In this document: one piece after another, positions 30,171 through 40,626 of the stretch | Layout: every line of letters begins with the position of its first letter | How positions within the stretch are numbered: position 1 is the first letter of the stretch | Assembly: GCA_945897885.1 (NCBI GenBank) | Contig: CAMDGU010000005.1 | Location: forward strand, 9,105-73,104 | Direction of reading: 5' to 3' | Length of the DNA stretch: 64,000 nt | Source: Chitinophaga pinensis | GTDB taxonomy: Bacteria > Bacteroidota > Bacteroidia > NS11-12g > UBA9320 | The notes under the pieces: generated by a model | What the model was told of the DNA's origin: nothing | Databases searched by the model: none | The model's input: the letters and a program-made list of their open reading frames with translations, nothing else | Position numbers and translations under genes: made by a program

Positions 30171-33100
30171 TCAATGAGTTGATTCGCAAGTGCAGCCTGA
30201 ATGACTACTTCCATGCCAGTCAAACGAAGGTGAATAACCCACTTGTTCCCAGTAAAATAGTCCTCTGGATTTAGTATAATTTCCTACTTCGTTCATAGTT
30301 TCTGTATTATACAATCTGCCGTTAATCATGGTAAAAGCCACCGTGTTCGAGTTTTTAATATCTTCCAATGGGTTTTTATCCAAAATAATTAAGTCTGCTA
30401 TTTTTCCAACTTCTAATGAGCCTATTTGAGAATCCATTCCTAAATAGTTAGCACCATTCATGGTAGCTGCTCTAAGGGCTTCCATATTGGTCATACCGCC
30501 TTGGGCAAGCATCCAAAGTTCCCAATGAACCCCAATTCCCTGAATTTGTCCATGAGCACCCAAGTTAACTTTAACACCTGCATCAGTCAGTTTTTTACAG
30601 CTTTTTGAAACCAAAATATGGCCGTTATCATACTCAGCCATTGGCACCATCGTGCGGTGGCGTGAACGTGAATCGATAATACTTCTTGGTGTATATTTTA
30701 AAAGCTTTTTATCTTCCCATACGTTGGTGGTTTGGTACCAAAAGTACTCTCCGTTCAATCCACCATAATTAACAATAAGTGTTGGTGTATAACCCGTTTT
30801 GCTGGCAGCCCAAAGTTGGGTAACATCTTTATGAAGTGTTGCTATTGGCAAGTTGTGTTCAATCCCGGTATGCCCGTCCATGATCATCGATAAATTATGA
30901 TAAAACGTAGAACCTCCTTCAGGTACTACTTCAATATTCATTTCTTCAGCGGCTTTTATTATCTGTTGTCTTTGCTCGCGTCGCGGTTGGTTGTAGCTTT
31001 TAACAGAAAAAGCTCCAAATGCCTTTGTTCGACGAATGGCGGAACGTGCATCTTCCAGATTATTTACCACAGCTTTAAAATCTCCTTCGGCCCCATATAA
31101 AATAACGCCGGTTGAAAAAATTCGCGGGCCTATCATGTTTCCTGCCTTCACCATTTCGGATTGTGAAAATACCATTTCGGTATTGGAAGATGGATCGTGA
31201 GTTGTTGTAACACCATAGGCAAGGTTTGTATAATACTGCCAGTGTTTTTGTGGACTAAGGCCATATCTGAATTGCCCTAAATGGGCATGAACATCTATCA
31301 ATCCCGGCATAATTGTTTTGCCTTTTACATCCATCACTTTGGCATCTGAAGGAATAACGACAGAACCCGATTCACCAAGAGCTATTATTTTATTTCCTTC
31401 GATTACTATCGTTCCATTTTCTATAACTTTATTACCGCTCATGGTAATTATTCTGGCTCCTGTAAAGGCCAGCTTTCCTTTGGGTTTATCAGCAGGAAGT
31501 ACCAAATTTATTCTAAGTCCGGTGGTGTCTATGGCTGGCAAACTATCAGGAGCATTATCCAAAAATAAAAAGCGTTTGTTCAATTCTGTGCTAAAATATT
31601 CATCTCCCAAAGTCCAGTTCAGTTTTTTGCTATCGCCCGACCATTGCAAACTAATTCCTGCATCTCGTGAAACCTGACTCACGGGAACATTAGTTGATTT
31701 TCCATCTACCTCAATGACTTGCCCTGTCATTGGCATGGCGGCTATGTATACTTTGTAAAGGTTTGTAAAAGCCACCCATTTGTCATCAGGACTGGGTATA
31801 ATGCGATGGGCATATTTTGATTTTACGATTTCCCGTGGTTCTTTCCCATCCAGTTTTACTGACATCAGTGTTTTGGTTAATGCCCCAAAAAGGTTTCCTC
31901 CTGTTTGGTAATAAATACGGGTTCCGTCATTATTAAAGGTTGGATATTCTCCATCCTTGGTAATTAGTGTGGAAGTGGATTTTTTTGAAGCTTTTACTTC
32001 CAATAAATAAATTCCGGGTTGTAAAGTATTCACAAACCCCTGATGGTCGTTGCCTTCTTCTTTTCTGTAAACAATGGTATTGATGTCTTTGCCCGAAAAC
32101 GAAGGTTCACGGTAAATGGTTTTTTCGGTGGTTAACTTCTCCGGTTTACTTTTAGGAGTTACCATATCCAAGAGGCAAATAGCTCCCATTGCGCTATCAT
32201 TCCAGGTTACATAAACCAAGTATTTTCCATCCTTTGAAAAGGATGGTTCAAATTCCAAATCGTTACCATTGGTAAGTCTTGTAGGTTTTCCGTTGGGAAG
32301 CGATTTTTTCCATAAATACCCTGCCGCATTAAACACTAAGTTTGTCCCATCGGGTGAAGTCACTGCCTGGCGAACGGCCCTGCTGGTAAAAGAATCAGGC
32401 GCAGCATCATTCTTAAATTTTAAAGCATTTACTATGATATGGTTGGCGGTGGCTTTAAACGGAATATCAGAAACAGCCAGTGTTTGAACATTTATTTTTC
32501 TAATTTTTCCTTCTGCCCAAATGATGATGTATTGGTCATCCGGCGTCCAGTTATATCCGGTGTAAGGTCCAAAAATTGCCCACGCTTCCTGTTGGTCTTT
32601 GCTTAGCTGGTCGTAAATAGGCCATTCTTTTCCGGTAGAAAGTTCATGTAAATAAAGCACTGATTTTTCTCTTACACGTTTAACAAACGCCATAACATCA
32701 CCTTTATGTGAAGTAATCGGACGAATAGCACCACCGGGGCCACCGGTAACCATCTCGGTTTCTCCATTTTCTAAATTGTAACGGTTGATGGCATAAATTT
32801 GGCTGTTTGGGTCTTTATTGTATTGAAAATATCCTCCGGGATACACGTCTTCGCTGTAGTAAACGAATTTACCATCCGGAGAAGCCCAGGGTTCTCCAAC
32901 ATCTTGTTGGTCGTTTTTACGTTTGGTTAATTGAATTCCGGCACCACCAGTTTTGTGGTACATCCAAATTTCGCCGGCACCCAACGAACGCCCTGAGCTA
33001 AAATGTTTTTTACAAATAATGTAATTGCCATCCACACTCCATACGGCATTATTCACCAATCTAAAATCTTCTTTGGTTATTTGTTTGGCATCCGAACCAT

Positions 33101-33455
33101 CGGTATTCATGGTCCATATATTATCCCCGCCACCGGCATCGGACGTAAAGCTTATCTTTTTTCCATCAGGGCTGTATCGAGGCTGCGCTTCAAATGCATG
33201 GCCGCCGCGAATGAGCTTGGCTTCTCCCCCATTTATTGGTAAGGTGTAAATATCGCCCAACATATCAAACACAATTTGCTTTCCATCCGGACTCACATCC
33301 AAACTCATCCAGGTGCCTTCATCCGAAGTTATTGTTATAGTTGTATAAGCCGATTCAGGGGTGGAAACATCCCAGCCTTTCTTTTTGTCTTTGGTTTGGG
33401 AAAAGGAAGAGTTGGCGATAAGGATTGCCAATAATGTGAGTAGGGTATTTTTCAT
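30171..33455 (-). CDS. amidohydrolase with N-terminal PD40/TolB beta-propellers
   Basis: SPDGK repeats, MPGLIDVHAH, GSLEVGKIADL. Confidence 0.9.
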   Translation of the reverse strand: MKNTLLTLLAILIANSSFSQTKDKKKGWDVSTPESAYTTITITSDEGTWMSLDVSPDGKQIVFDMLGDIYTLPINGGEAKLIRGGHAFEAQPRYSPDGKKISFTSDAGGGDNIWTMNTDGSDAKQITKEDFRLVNNAVWSVDGNYIICKKHFSSGRSLGAGEIWMYHKTGGAGIQLTKRKNDQQDVGEPWASPDGKFVYYSEDVYPGGYFQYNKDPNSQIYAINRYNLENGETEMVTGGPGGAIRPITSHKGDVMAFVKRVREKSVLYLHELSTGKEWPIYDQLSKDQQEAWAIFGPYTGYNWTPDDQYIIIWAEGKIRKINVQTLAVSDIPFKATANHIIVNALKFKNDAAPDSFTSRAVRQAVTSPDGTNLVFNAAGYLWKKSLPNGKPTRLTNGNDLEFEPSFSKDGKYLVYVTWNDSAMGAICLLDMVTPKSKPEKLTTEKTIYREPSFSGKDINTIVYRKEEGNDHQGFVNTLQPGIYLLEVKASKKSTSTLITKDGEYPTFNNDGTRIYYQTGGNLFGALTKTLMSVKLDGKEPREIVKSKYAHRIIPSPDDKWVAFTNLYKVYIAAMPMTGQVIEVDGKSTNVPVSQVSRDAGISLQWSGDSKKLNWTLGDEYFSTELNKRFLFLDNAPDSLPAIDTTGLRINLVLPADKPKGKLAFTGARIITMSGNKVIENGTIVIEGNKIIALGESGSVVIPSDAKVMDVKGKTIMPGLIDVHAHLGQFRYGLSPQKHWQYYTNLAYGVTTTHDPSSNTEMVFSQSEMVKAGNMIGPRIFSTGVILYGAEGDFKAVVNNLEDARSAIRRTKAFGAFSVKSYNQPRREQRQQIIKAAEEMNIEVVPEGGSTFYHNLSMIMDGHTGIEHNLPIATLHKDVTQLWAASKTGYTPTLIVNYGGLNGEYFWYQTTNVWEDKKLLKYTPRSIIDSRSRHRTMVPMAEYDNGHILVSKSCKKLTDAGVKVNLGAHGQIQGIGVHWELWMLAQGGMTNMEALRAATMNGANYLGMDSQIGSLEVGKIADLIILDKNPLEDIKNSNTVAFTMINGRLYNTETMNEVGNYTKSRGLFYWEQVGYSPSFDWHGSSHSGCTCESTH

Positions 33456-33522
33456 TGGGGATTTTAAAAATTTTTTTGCAAACATAAGATGAATAAGTGT
33501 TTTTTTAATTTGAAAGACTATG

Positions 33523-34326
33523 CTATTCTTCTAAAGTCCTTTTCTCTTTAGTAATAGAAAGTTCTGCACGTTTATTTATATTTTTCAAATAAGTTATTAG
33601 CCTGTTCATTATAGAAGGTGGCAACATTGAACCAAGATATTTTCTTTCCCCATTGAAATAAAAAATAAATGACATGTAAGATCCACCAGTAGAGATGATT
33701 TTATCAAATCTTAAAGTTTTTAAATTGCAGGTTTTTATTAAAAGAATTAATTCATTGTAAAGCGTGTCATTCAGTCTTCCGATATATTTTCCAGACTTGA
33801 ATGTATCACTATAATTAAAATAGTTTTCTGCGACATAATTAATATAAATATTTTGACTACTATCAATTTCTAAGTCAATAACTGGGCAATATCCAGAACA
33901 TTCAGAAGCATGATATATTATTTTTTCAAAGTGGATAGTTTTGTCAATGGAATATTCTTGTCTTGTAAATTTTAATGATTTTCTATTTTGAAAGAATGTT
34001 TTAGATAATTCTGAAACAGGTTGTACAATTAAATCAGTATCATTATTTGAAAGAATTATAAGGTCATACCTGTCAACTATTAATTTTGCGTCTTTATCCA
34101 TTGATTCATAATACCTTTTTTGAAAACTCAAAGTATCACCATAAATGGAAAGATTAACTATCCTATTCTCCAATAATTGATTTACGACGTCATTGCTATT
34201 TTCAGCCGTATCTTCAATCAATATTAAATCTTGTTTTGGTGTTATCCAAGTTCCTTTAATATCACCTGACTGCCCAAAGGATGGTATCCAAATTAATAAA
34301 AGCAATATTGATCCTAATTTTTCCAT
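33523..34326 (-). CDS. hypothetical exported protein (DUF6438-like C-terminus)
   Basis: Signal peptide; ECSGYCPV motif. Confidence 0.55.
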   Translation of the reverse strand: MEKLGSILLLLIWIPSFGQSGDIKGTWITPKQDLILIEDTAENSNDVVNQLLENRIVNLSIYGDTLSFQKRYYESMDKDAKLIVDRYDLIILSNNDTDLIVQPVSELSKTFFQNRKSLKFTRQEYSIDKTIHFEKIIYHASECSGYCPVIDLEIDSSQNIYINYVAENYFNYSDTFKSGKYIGRLNDTLYNELILLIKTCNLKTLRFDKIISTGGSYMSFIFYFNGERKYLGSMLPPSIMNRLITYLKNINKRAELSITKEKRTLEE

Positions 34327-34363
34327 TATTATTTCTTAATCCTCTTTTCAATCCTCGCCTTGG

Positions 34364-34822
34364 TCATTCTCTCCCATTCACCATCTCACTAATCTCCGCC
34401 ATGGCTTCATTAAAATCAAGCATATCTTCAACCTTATAAGAAATAGCCGAAACCTGAAATTTACAGGAAGGGTTTTGAGTTTCAAAAATATAATAGTCAT
34501 CGCCTCCGATAATGCCCAGTTTAAAGACAGCAATTTCTGAAACATTGAAACTAAAATCTTTAGGAGCCAAAATATTATCGCGATTAAATACTAAACTTAT
34601 TTCTTTTTGGCGAATGCAAAACATAGCCTTAGGATAAGCATTTAATGCTAGCCAAAGGCTAAAACCAAGAAAGGAATAAATTAGTACCCATACTTCCCAT
34701 TCTTCCAAGGATCTAAAATTAGTCATTATAAAAATAAAAGGTATAATTAAGAAACAAGGTAGTAAAATGGCAAGAACTACTTTGTAAACATGGCCATAGC
34801 GAACCGGAAATTCTTTAACCAT
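34364..34822 (-). CDS. hypothetical membrane protein
   Basis: Two TM segments then a soluble domain; ATG at 34822 avoids overlap with fabD. Confidence 0.55.
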   Translation of the reverse strand: MVKEFPVRYGHVYKVVLAILLPCFLIIPFIFIMTNFRSLEEWEVWVLIYSFLGFSLWLALNAYPKAMFCIRQKEISLVFNRDNILAPKDFSFNVSEIAVFKLGIIGGDDYYIFETQNPSCKFQVSAISYKVEDMLDFNEAMAEISEMVNGRE

Positions 34823-34865
34823 TGTTATTTCAACGTGGTATGCATTATTAATCAGGCATTTTATT

Positions 34866-35741
34866 TTAACCGGCAGCCGTTTCGGCCTCACGATGTATCT
34901 TTTTTACCAGCCCCTGCAACACATTGCCAGGGCCTACTTCAGTAAATAAAGTGGCACCATCGGCTACCATTTGCAAGATACTTTTGGTCCATTTTACTGG
35001 CGCGGTTAATTGTTTTATAAGATTTTTTTGAATTTCGGATGGGTCGGTAACTGCGGTAGTTGTCACATTTTGGTACACGGGGCAAATAGGTGTTTTAAAC
35101 TCGGTAGCAGCAATTGCAGCTTCCAGTTCGATTCGGGCAGGTTCCATTAACGGCGAATGAAATGCACCACCAACAGGCAGCAACAAAGCTCGCTTGGCTC
35201 CAGCTTCTTTTAGTTTTTCACAAGCTATATTTACTCCATTTATACTTCCAGAAATAACCAACTGGCCAGGGCAGTTGTAATTGGCAGCTACAACAATTTC
35301 ATTGGTTATGGAGGCACAAATTTCTTCTACTTTAGCATCTTCCAAACCCAATACGGCCGCCATAGTTGAAGGATTTAATTCACACGCTTTTTGCATGGCC
35401 ATAGCTCTTTTATATACTAATTGTAACCCATCTGAAAAATTTAAGGAACCATTGGCTACCAAGGCTGAAAACTCTCCCAAAGAATGACCGGCAACCATTT
35501 CAGGTTTAAAATTTTCGATGCAAATGGCCTTAATTACAGAATGTAAAAAAACCGCAGGCTGAGTAATTCTTGTGGCCCGCAACCCTTCATCGGTTCCACC
35601 AAACATTTCGTCACTTATTCTGAAACCCAATATTTCATTGGCTTGCTCAAAAAGCTCTTTGGCTTTGTTATTGCTTTCGTACAGGTCTTTGCCCATACCT
35701 ACAAACTGAGAACCTTGTCCGGGGAAAATATATGCCTTCAT
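34866..35741 (-). CDS. fabD: malonyl-CoA:ACP transacylase
   Basis: FPGQGSQ, GHSLGE, ANYNCPGQ, GAFHSPLM. Confidence 0.97.
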   Translation of the reverse strand: MKAYIFPGQGSQFVGMGKDLYESNNKAKELFEQANEILGFRISDEMFGGTDEGLRATRITQPAVFLHSVIKAICIENFKPEMVAGHSLGEFSALVANGSLNFSDGLQLVYKRAMAMQKACELNPSTMAAVLGLEDAKVEEICASITNEIVVAANYNCPGQLVISGSINGVNIACEKLKEAGAKRALLLPVGGAFHSPLMEPARIELEAAIAATEFKTPICPVYQNVTTTAVTDPSEIQKNLIKQLTAPVKWTKSILQMVADGATLFTEVGPGNVLQGLVKKIHREAETAAG

Positions 35742-35842
35742 ATTAAAAATGTTAGAGTATTATATTATGAGGCAATATTAGTAGATGTAAAATAAAGATG
35801 CAGAGATTTCTTTCAACGCTTTATTCTCAATGGTATTTTTAT

Positions 35843-36604
35843 TTATTTAAATGATTTAAAACCAAATAATTTAGCCATGTTGTCAGCTATTAGAACACTG
35901 TTATCATTGGGCGAATGTATCAAGTCATTGGTTTTAATATCAATTTGGTTTACCGAATTAAAAAGCTTCAATAAATTTGCTGAAATAGTTAAAGTATTTT
36001 CCTGATTAAGGTAATAGGGTTTATCAAATACCACTCTTACTTTTCTTGAATTGGTATAAGGTTTTGTGTATCCTCCTATATGATAAATTAAAGCGGAATT
36101 GGGAGCCTGAGGTGAAAGAGCTTCAAACTTAAAATTAATGTATCCCTGAATCATTCCCCAATACATAGGGGCTATAAATAAACTGTTTAAAGAACCCAAA
36201 GAATTAGTTAGTGAATCTGATACTCCCAAAGTAAACTCAAGCGATGTGATATAATATTTTACACCCTCTTTTGGAGCAGTAAAGGAAATATTGGATGGTA
36301 AAACTTTTTTGTCACCATAATCTATCATGTAATAGGTTTGATCGGCGTGTATTTTTATGCTGTCCTGTGTGTGAAGGCTAAGATGATTGATGTGATAAAT
36401 AAGCGTTGTTGGTATAATTGTATCAATTCTTGAATCATGGTTCCAATAGTATGACTTATTCAAATTCAAGTTACTATCGTTCCATTCATGGCTTATTTGC
36501 AATTCTACCATAGGTTTAAATGGCTTGGGATCATCATCCTTGCAGCCAGAAAACAGGGTAATCGAAATAGCAAATAATAAAAGTAGTGAGTTGAAAATTT
36601 TCAT
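35843..36604 (-). CDS. MbnP-family lipoprotein, variant motif
   Basis: LFSGC lipobox, FTLGV, MYWGMIQGYINFKFE, YHIGG. Confidence 0.7.
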   Translation of the reverse strand: MKIFNSLLLLFAISITLFSGCKDDDPKPFKPMVELQISHEWNDSNLNLNKSYYWNHDSRIDTIIPTTLIYHINHLSLHTQDSIKIHADQTYYMIDYGDKKVLPSNISFTAPKEGVKYYITSLEFTLGVSDSLTNSLGSLNSLFIAPMYWGMIQGYINFKFEALSPQAPNSALIYHIGGYTKPYTNSRKVRVVFDKPYYLNQENTLTISANLLKLFNSVNQIDIKTNDLIHSPNDNSVLIADNMAKLFGFKSFK

Positions 36605-36683
36605 AATTATAAGACGCAAAGTAAATTATATTAGCTGCATTAAAAAAGAACGCTTTACCTTTAGATTTGTTCTAATAAATCAG

Positions 36684-38144
36684 ATGCAGAAAAAACAAGC
36701 AATAATAATTGGTTCAGGTATTGGCGGTATTGCCCTTTCTATCCGTTTGGCAGTTAAAGGATTTGAAGTAAAAGTTTATGAAAAAAATAGTTATCCGGGA
36801 GGTAAACTTACGGAAATAAATCTTGGTCCTTATAGATTTGATGCAGGCCCATCGCTTTTTACAATGCCGCAATATGTGGATGAATTATTTGAACTTACCG
36901 GAGCAAAACCTGTAGAATATTTCAGATATACAAAACTGTCAGAGGTTTGTAATTATTTTTATGAGGATGGAACAATCCTCAAAATAGTGGATGATAACGA
37001 AAAAAATGATGAAATATTCAGTTCTGTTTTAGGTGAAAAGCCGGGCTTTTTTCTCAAATTTTTAGAAAAAAGTGAGCTCATTTATAAAATTACAAACCAT
37101 GTGTTTTTACAAAAATCATTACACAGAATAAAAACATATCTCAACAAAAAAACTATAATTAGTTTTATAAACATTGGAAAAATAGGGATTTTTAAATCTA
37201 TGAATTTTGCCAATGAAACGTTTTTTAAAAATCCAAAAAGTGTTCAATTTTTTAACAGATATGCTACGTATAATGGTTCAAACCCATACGAAGCCCCCTC
37301 TACTTTAAATATCATTCCGCATTTTGAATTTGGGTTTGGAACCTTTTTTCCTGAAGGTGGCATGATTGCTATAACTAATTCACTCGTTAATTTGGCTCAA
37401 AAACATGGCGTTAAATTTTCATTTAACGCTCCTGTTGAAAAAATAATAATTGAAAACAATATAGCTAAAGGTGTTATTATTAAAGGTGAGAAAATCTTAT
37501 GTGATGCCGTCATTTCTAATCAGGATGTAACAAATACTTACAGGTACTTGCTCAGTAATTCTAACCGACCTTTTTTAAAAAATGAGCCCTCTAGTTCGGC
37601 TATTATATTTTATTGGGGAATTAAAAGAGAGTATAAGGAACTTGGACTTCATAATATTTTATTTAGTGAAAATTATGAAAATGAATTTGAACAGATTTTT
37701 AAAAATAAAACAGTGGGAAATGACCCGACACTTTATGTAAATATTACTGCAAAACTAAACAAATCTGATGCTCCAAAGGAATGCGAGAACTGGTTTGTGA
37801 TGGTAAATGTGCCGCATGATTCCGGTCAAAATTGGGATATACTAATTGAAAAAACTAAGGCTTCTGTTATATCCAAAATAAATCGCATCCTTAAAACTAA
37901 TATAGAAAACTTTATTGAAGTTGAATCCGTTCTTGACCCAATAAGTATTGAGTCCAAAACCGGTTCATTTGCCGGTGCTCTTTATGGATCTTCCTCCAAC
38001 AAAAAAATGGCAGCATTTTTTCGCCATTCTAATTTTAGCAAAACCTTTAAAGGTTTATATTTTACAGGTGGTAGCGTTCATCCTGGTGGTGGCATACCAC
38101 TTTGCTTATTATCAGCCAAAATCACCTCAGAACTTATTAAATGA
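36684..38144 (+). CDS. crtD: 1-hydroxycarotenoid 3,4-desaturase (CrtI/CrtD family)
   Basis: GSGIGG FAD motif, FDAGPSLFTMP, RYATYNGS, GGSVHPGGGIPL; TAGATTTG promoter at 36662. Confidence 0.85.
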   Translation: MQKKQAIIIGSGIGGIALSIRLAVKGFEVKVYEKNSYPGGKLTEINLGPYRFDAGPSLFTMPQYVDELFELTGAKPVEYFRYTKLSEVCNYFYEDGTILKIVDDNEKNDEIFSSVLGEKPGFFLKFLEKSELIYKITNHVFLQKSLHRIKTYLNKKTIISFINIGKIGIFKSMNFANETFFKNPKSVQFFNRYATYNGSNPYEAPSTLNIIPHFEFGFGTFFPEGGMIAITNSLVNLAQKHGVKFSFNAPVEKIIIENNIAKGVIIKGEKILCDAVISNQDVTNTYRYLLSNSNRPFLKNEPSSSAIIFYWGIKREYKELGLHNILFSENYENEFEQIFKNKTVGNDPTLYVNITAKLNKSDAPKECENWFVMVNVPHDSGQNWDILIEKTKASVISKINRILKTNIENFIEVESVLDPISIESKTGSFAGALYGSSSNKKMAAFFRHSNFSKTFKGLYFTGGSVHPGGGIPLCLLSAKITSELIK

Positions 38145-38797
38145 AAGGATTAAACTTTTTAAACAAATATACAGTTACAGCAATCGTATTCACAGTTGGA
38201 CTAATTGGTTTGTCCATTTCTGCCAGCAGACCATTGTTTATACAATTGGTTCCAATAAACTTTTTGTTTCTCATTTTTATGTTCATCTCTTCCCTAAAAA
38301 AATGGACATTTCAATTCTTTGTATTAATCGCAACTGTTTTTGTTGCTGGATTTTTAGTAGAAGTATTAGGAACTAAAAAAGGATTCATCTTTGGGAATTA
38401 TTTCTATGGCAACACACTGGGGTTTAAAATTTGGGATGTACCTTTGGTGATGGGAATAAATTGGATTATCGTATTGTTCGGGGCCATTTATTGGGCAAAT
38501 TATATTTTAAAGAATTTGATTTTTAATGCCTTTTGGAGAAAATTTTTGGTAATACTTTTGTCATCATTATTAATGACTGGATTAGATTTTTTTATTGAAC
38601 CCATTGCTATATCGCTTGATTTTTGGCACTGGGAGGATAATATTATACCATTAAGAAATTATTTGGGATGGCTTGCAATTTCTATTTTGTTTAATATCTT
38701 TGTACAAACATTAAACAAAGTGAAAATCGATTTTTTTTCAGGCTATCTTTTCCTAGTTCAGCTAATTTTCTTTTTAATTTTAAATCTAACACTTTAA
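38141..38797 (+). CDS. cruF: carotenoid 1,2-hydratase (CruF family)
   Basis: EVLGT..G.IFGNY.YG..LG, DFFIEP, IPLRNYLGW; ATGA overlap with crtD. Confidence 0.8.
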   Translation: MKGLNFLNKYTVTAIVFTVGLIGLSISASRPLFIQLVPINFLFLIFMFISSLKKWTFQFFVLIATVFVAGFLVEVLGTKKGFIFGNYFYGNTLGFKIWDVPLVMGINWIIVLFGAIYWANYILKNLIFNAFWRKFLVILLSSLLMTGLDFFIEPIAISLDFWHWEDNIIPLRNYLGWLAISILFNIFVQTLNKVKIDFFSGYLFLVQLIFFLILNLTL

Positions 38798-39241
38798 ATG
38801 ATTATAGCAATAAATGTAGTTTTGGTGATAGCCGCTTTTTGTTTTATGGAAGGTGTTGCGTGGTTTACACATAAATATGTAATGCACGGATTTTTATGGC
38901 GTTGGCACAAAAGCCACCATGAACCTCGCTATGGTATTTTTGAGTTAAACGATTTGTTCTCAGTTATATTTGGAACAGTTGGGGCCGGATTAATTATCTT
39001 AGGAGCAGAATTATTTGATTACCGTTTCTTTTTGGGCTTGGGAATTTCATTGTATGGTATGGCCTATTTTGCAGTTCATGATGTCTTTATACATCAACGG
39101 GTGAAACTGCTAAGAAACACACGCTACGCCTATTTTAAAGCTATGAGAAAAGCTCATAAAATACACCACAAACGCCAAAGTAAAGAACAAGGAGAAGCGT
39201 TTGGATTTTTATATGTACCACCCAAATACAGAGATATATAA
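38798..39241 (+). CDS. crtZ: beta-carotene hydroxylase
   Basis: HKYVMHG, HKSHH, FELND, HDVFIHQR, HKIHH. Confidence 0.92.
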   Translation: MIIAINVVLVIAAFCFMEGVAWFTHKYVMHGFLWRWHKSHHEPRYGIFELNDLFSVIFGTVGAGLIILGAELFDYRFFLGLGISLYGMAYFAVHDVFIHQRVKLLRNTRYAYFKAMRKAHKIHHKRQSKEQGEAFGFLYVPPKYRDI

Positions 39242-39242
39242 C

Positions 39243-40082
39243 ATGAGTTTCCAATTATTTAATCAGACATCTCATGAATGTAGTAAGCTGATTACAAATC
39301 GTTACAGTACTTCCTTTTCCTTAGGAATAAATTTATTAGAGGAAGAGATTCAATGGGCCGTATACTCGGTATACGGGTTTGTTAGATTTGCGGACGAAAT
39401 AGTAGATACCTTTCATCAGTTTGATAAAAGCAATCTACTGGCACGATTTAAAAAGGAAACGTATACTGCTATTGATGAAGAAATTAGCCTTAATCCAATT
39501 CTTAATTCATTTCAAATAGTGGTTAACAAATATAAAATTGACCACATCTTGATTGAGGCCTTTTTTACAAGTATGGAAATGGATTTGGAAAAGGTGGAAT
39601 ATGACGATGAAAAGTACAATGAATACATATATGGATCTGCCGAAGTGGTTGGCTTGATGTGTCTTCAAGTATTTTGCAAAGGAGATAAAACTAAGTATGA
39701 TGAACTGAAAAGTCCTGCTCGAAAGTTGGGGGCAGCCTTTCAAAAAGTCAATTTTTTAAGGGATTTAAAAAGTGATTTCGATGAGCGTGAACGGATATAT
39801 TTTCCGGGTATCGACTTTGATAATTTTACAGCCCAAAGCAAAAAACAAATTGAGGCAGATATTAGAAATGATTTTAAAGAAGCTTTTTCGGGCATCATTA
39901 AGTTACCACTTAATTGTCGTTTTGGGGTATATACAGCCTACAAATACTACTACAATTTACTTTTAAAAATTGAAAGAACACCAGCTAAAAAAATACTTCG
40001 TTCGCGTATTAGGGTTTCCAATCCTCACAAAGTTTACCTTTTGTTAAAATCGTATTCACGATACCAACTAAATATTTTGTAA
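39243..40082 (+). CDS. crtB: phytoene synthase
   Basis: YSTSF, RFADEIVD, YIYGSAEVVG, NFLRD. Confidence 0.93.
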   Translation: MSFQLFNQTSHECSKLITNRYSTSFSLGINLLEEEIQWAVYSVYGFVRFADEIVDTFHQFDKSNLLARFKKETYTAIDEEISLNPILNSFQIVVNKYKIDHILIEAFFTSMEMDLEKVEYDDEKYNEYIYGSAEVVGLMCLQVFCKGDKTKYDELKSPARKLGAAFQKVNFLRDLKSDFDERERIYFPGIDFDNFTAQSKKQIEADIRNDFKEAFSGIIKLPLNCRFGVYTAYKYYYNLLLKIERTPAKKILRSRIRVSNPHKVYLLLKSYSRYQLNIL

Positions 40083-40555
40083 TGAAATTTCTGATAATCC
40101 TTTTTCTTTGGATCCTTAGTTTAAACTCTACAGTTGAAGATTTAAGAACTGATTATATAAAAGCAATTGATAGTAAAGTAACTACTGAGAAAAGGATTGA
40201 ATATTTTAAAGAAAACAAGCCCACCACGCCTATTCAAAGATGCTACAACGGAGTTTTTCATTGCTTGAACGCCAAACATGCTTTTTTACCTAATGATAAA
40301 ATATCGTACCTCAAAAAAGGGCTAAGTGACATTAACAAATCCGTGGTTCAAGCACCGAATGATTTAGAAATACGTTTCCACCGTTTTGCAATAGAACAAA
40401 GTATTCCGTCATTTATTAGTTTTACGAGTCATATAAAGGTGGATAAAAAGTTTATCGTAGATAATTATTCTTCTACTCATCCATTTTCTAATGTTATTTT
40501 AAAATACATGATAACAAAAGGGGGGTGTGCCAAAACTGACTTTAAAAACAAGTAG
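40082..40555 (+). CDS. hypothetical exported helical protein in the crt operon
   Basis: TAATG overlap with crtB; signal peptide; PNDLEIRFHR motif. Confidence 0.65.
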   Translation: MKFLIILFLWILSLNSTVEDLRTDYIKAIDSKVTTEKRIEYFKENKPTTPIQRCYNGVFHCLNAKHAFLPNDKISYLKKGLSDINKSVVQAPNDLEIRFHRFAIEQSIPSFISFTSHIKVDKKFIVDNYSSTHPFSNVILKYMITKGGCAKTDFKNK

Positions 40556-40626
40556 TTTAAAATTATTCTTATTTCTTTTTTTTCTAACTACACAAAAAAA
40601 TTAATCCTATTTTAGCCGAAGGATTA

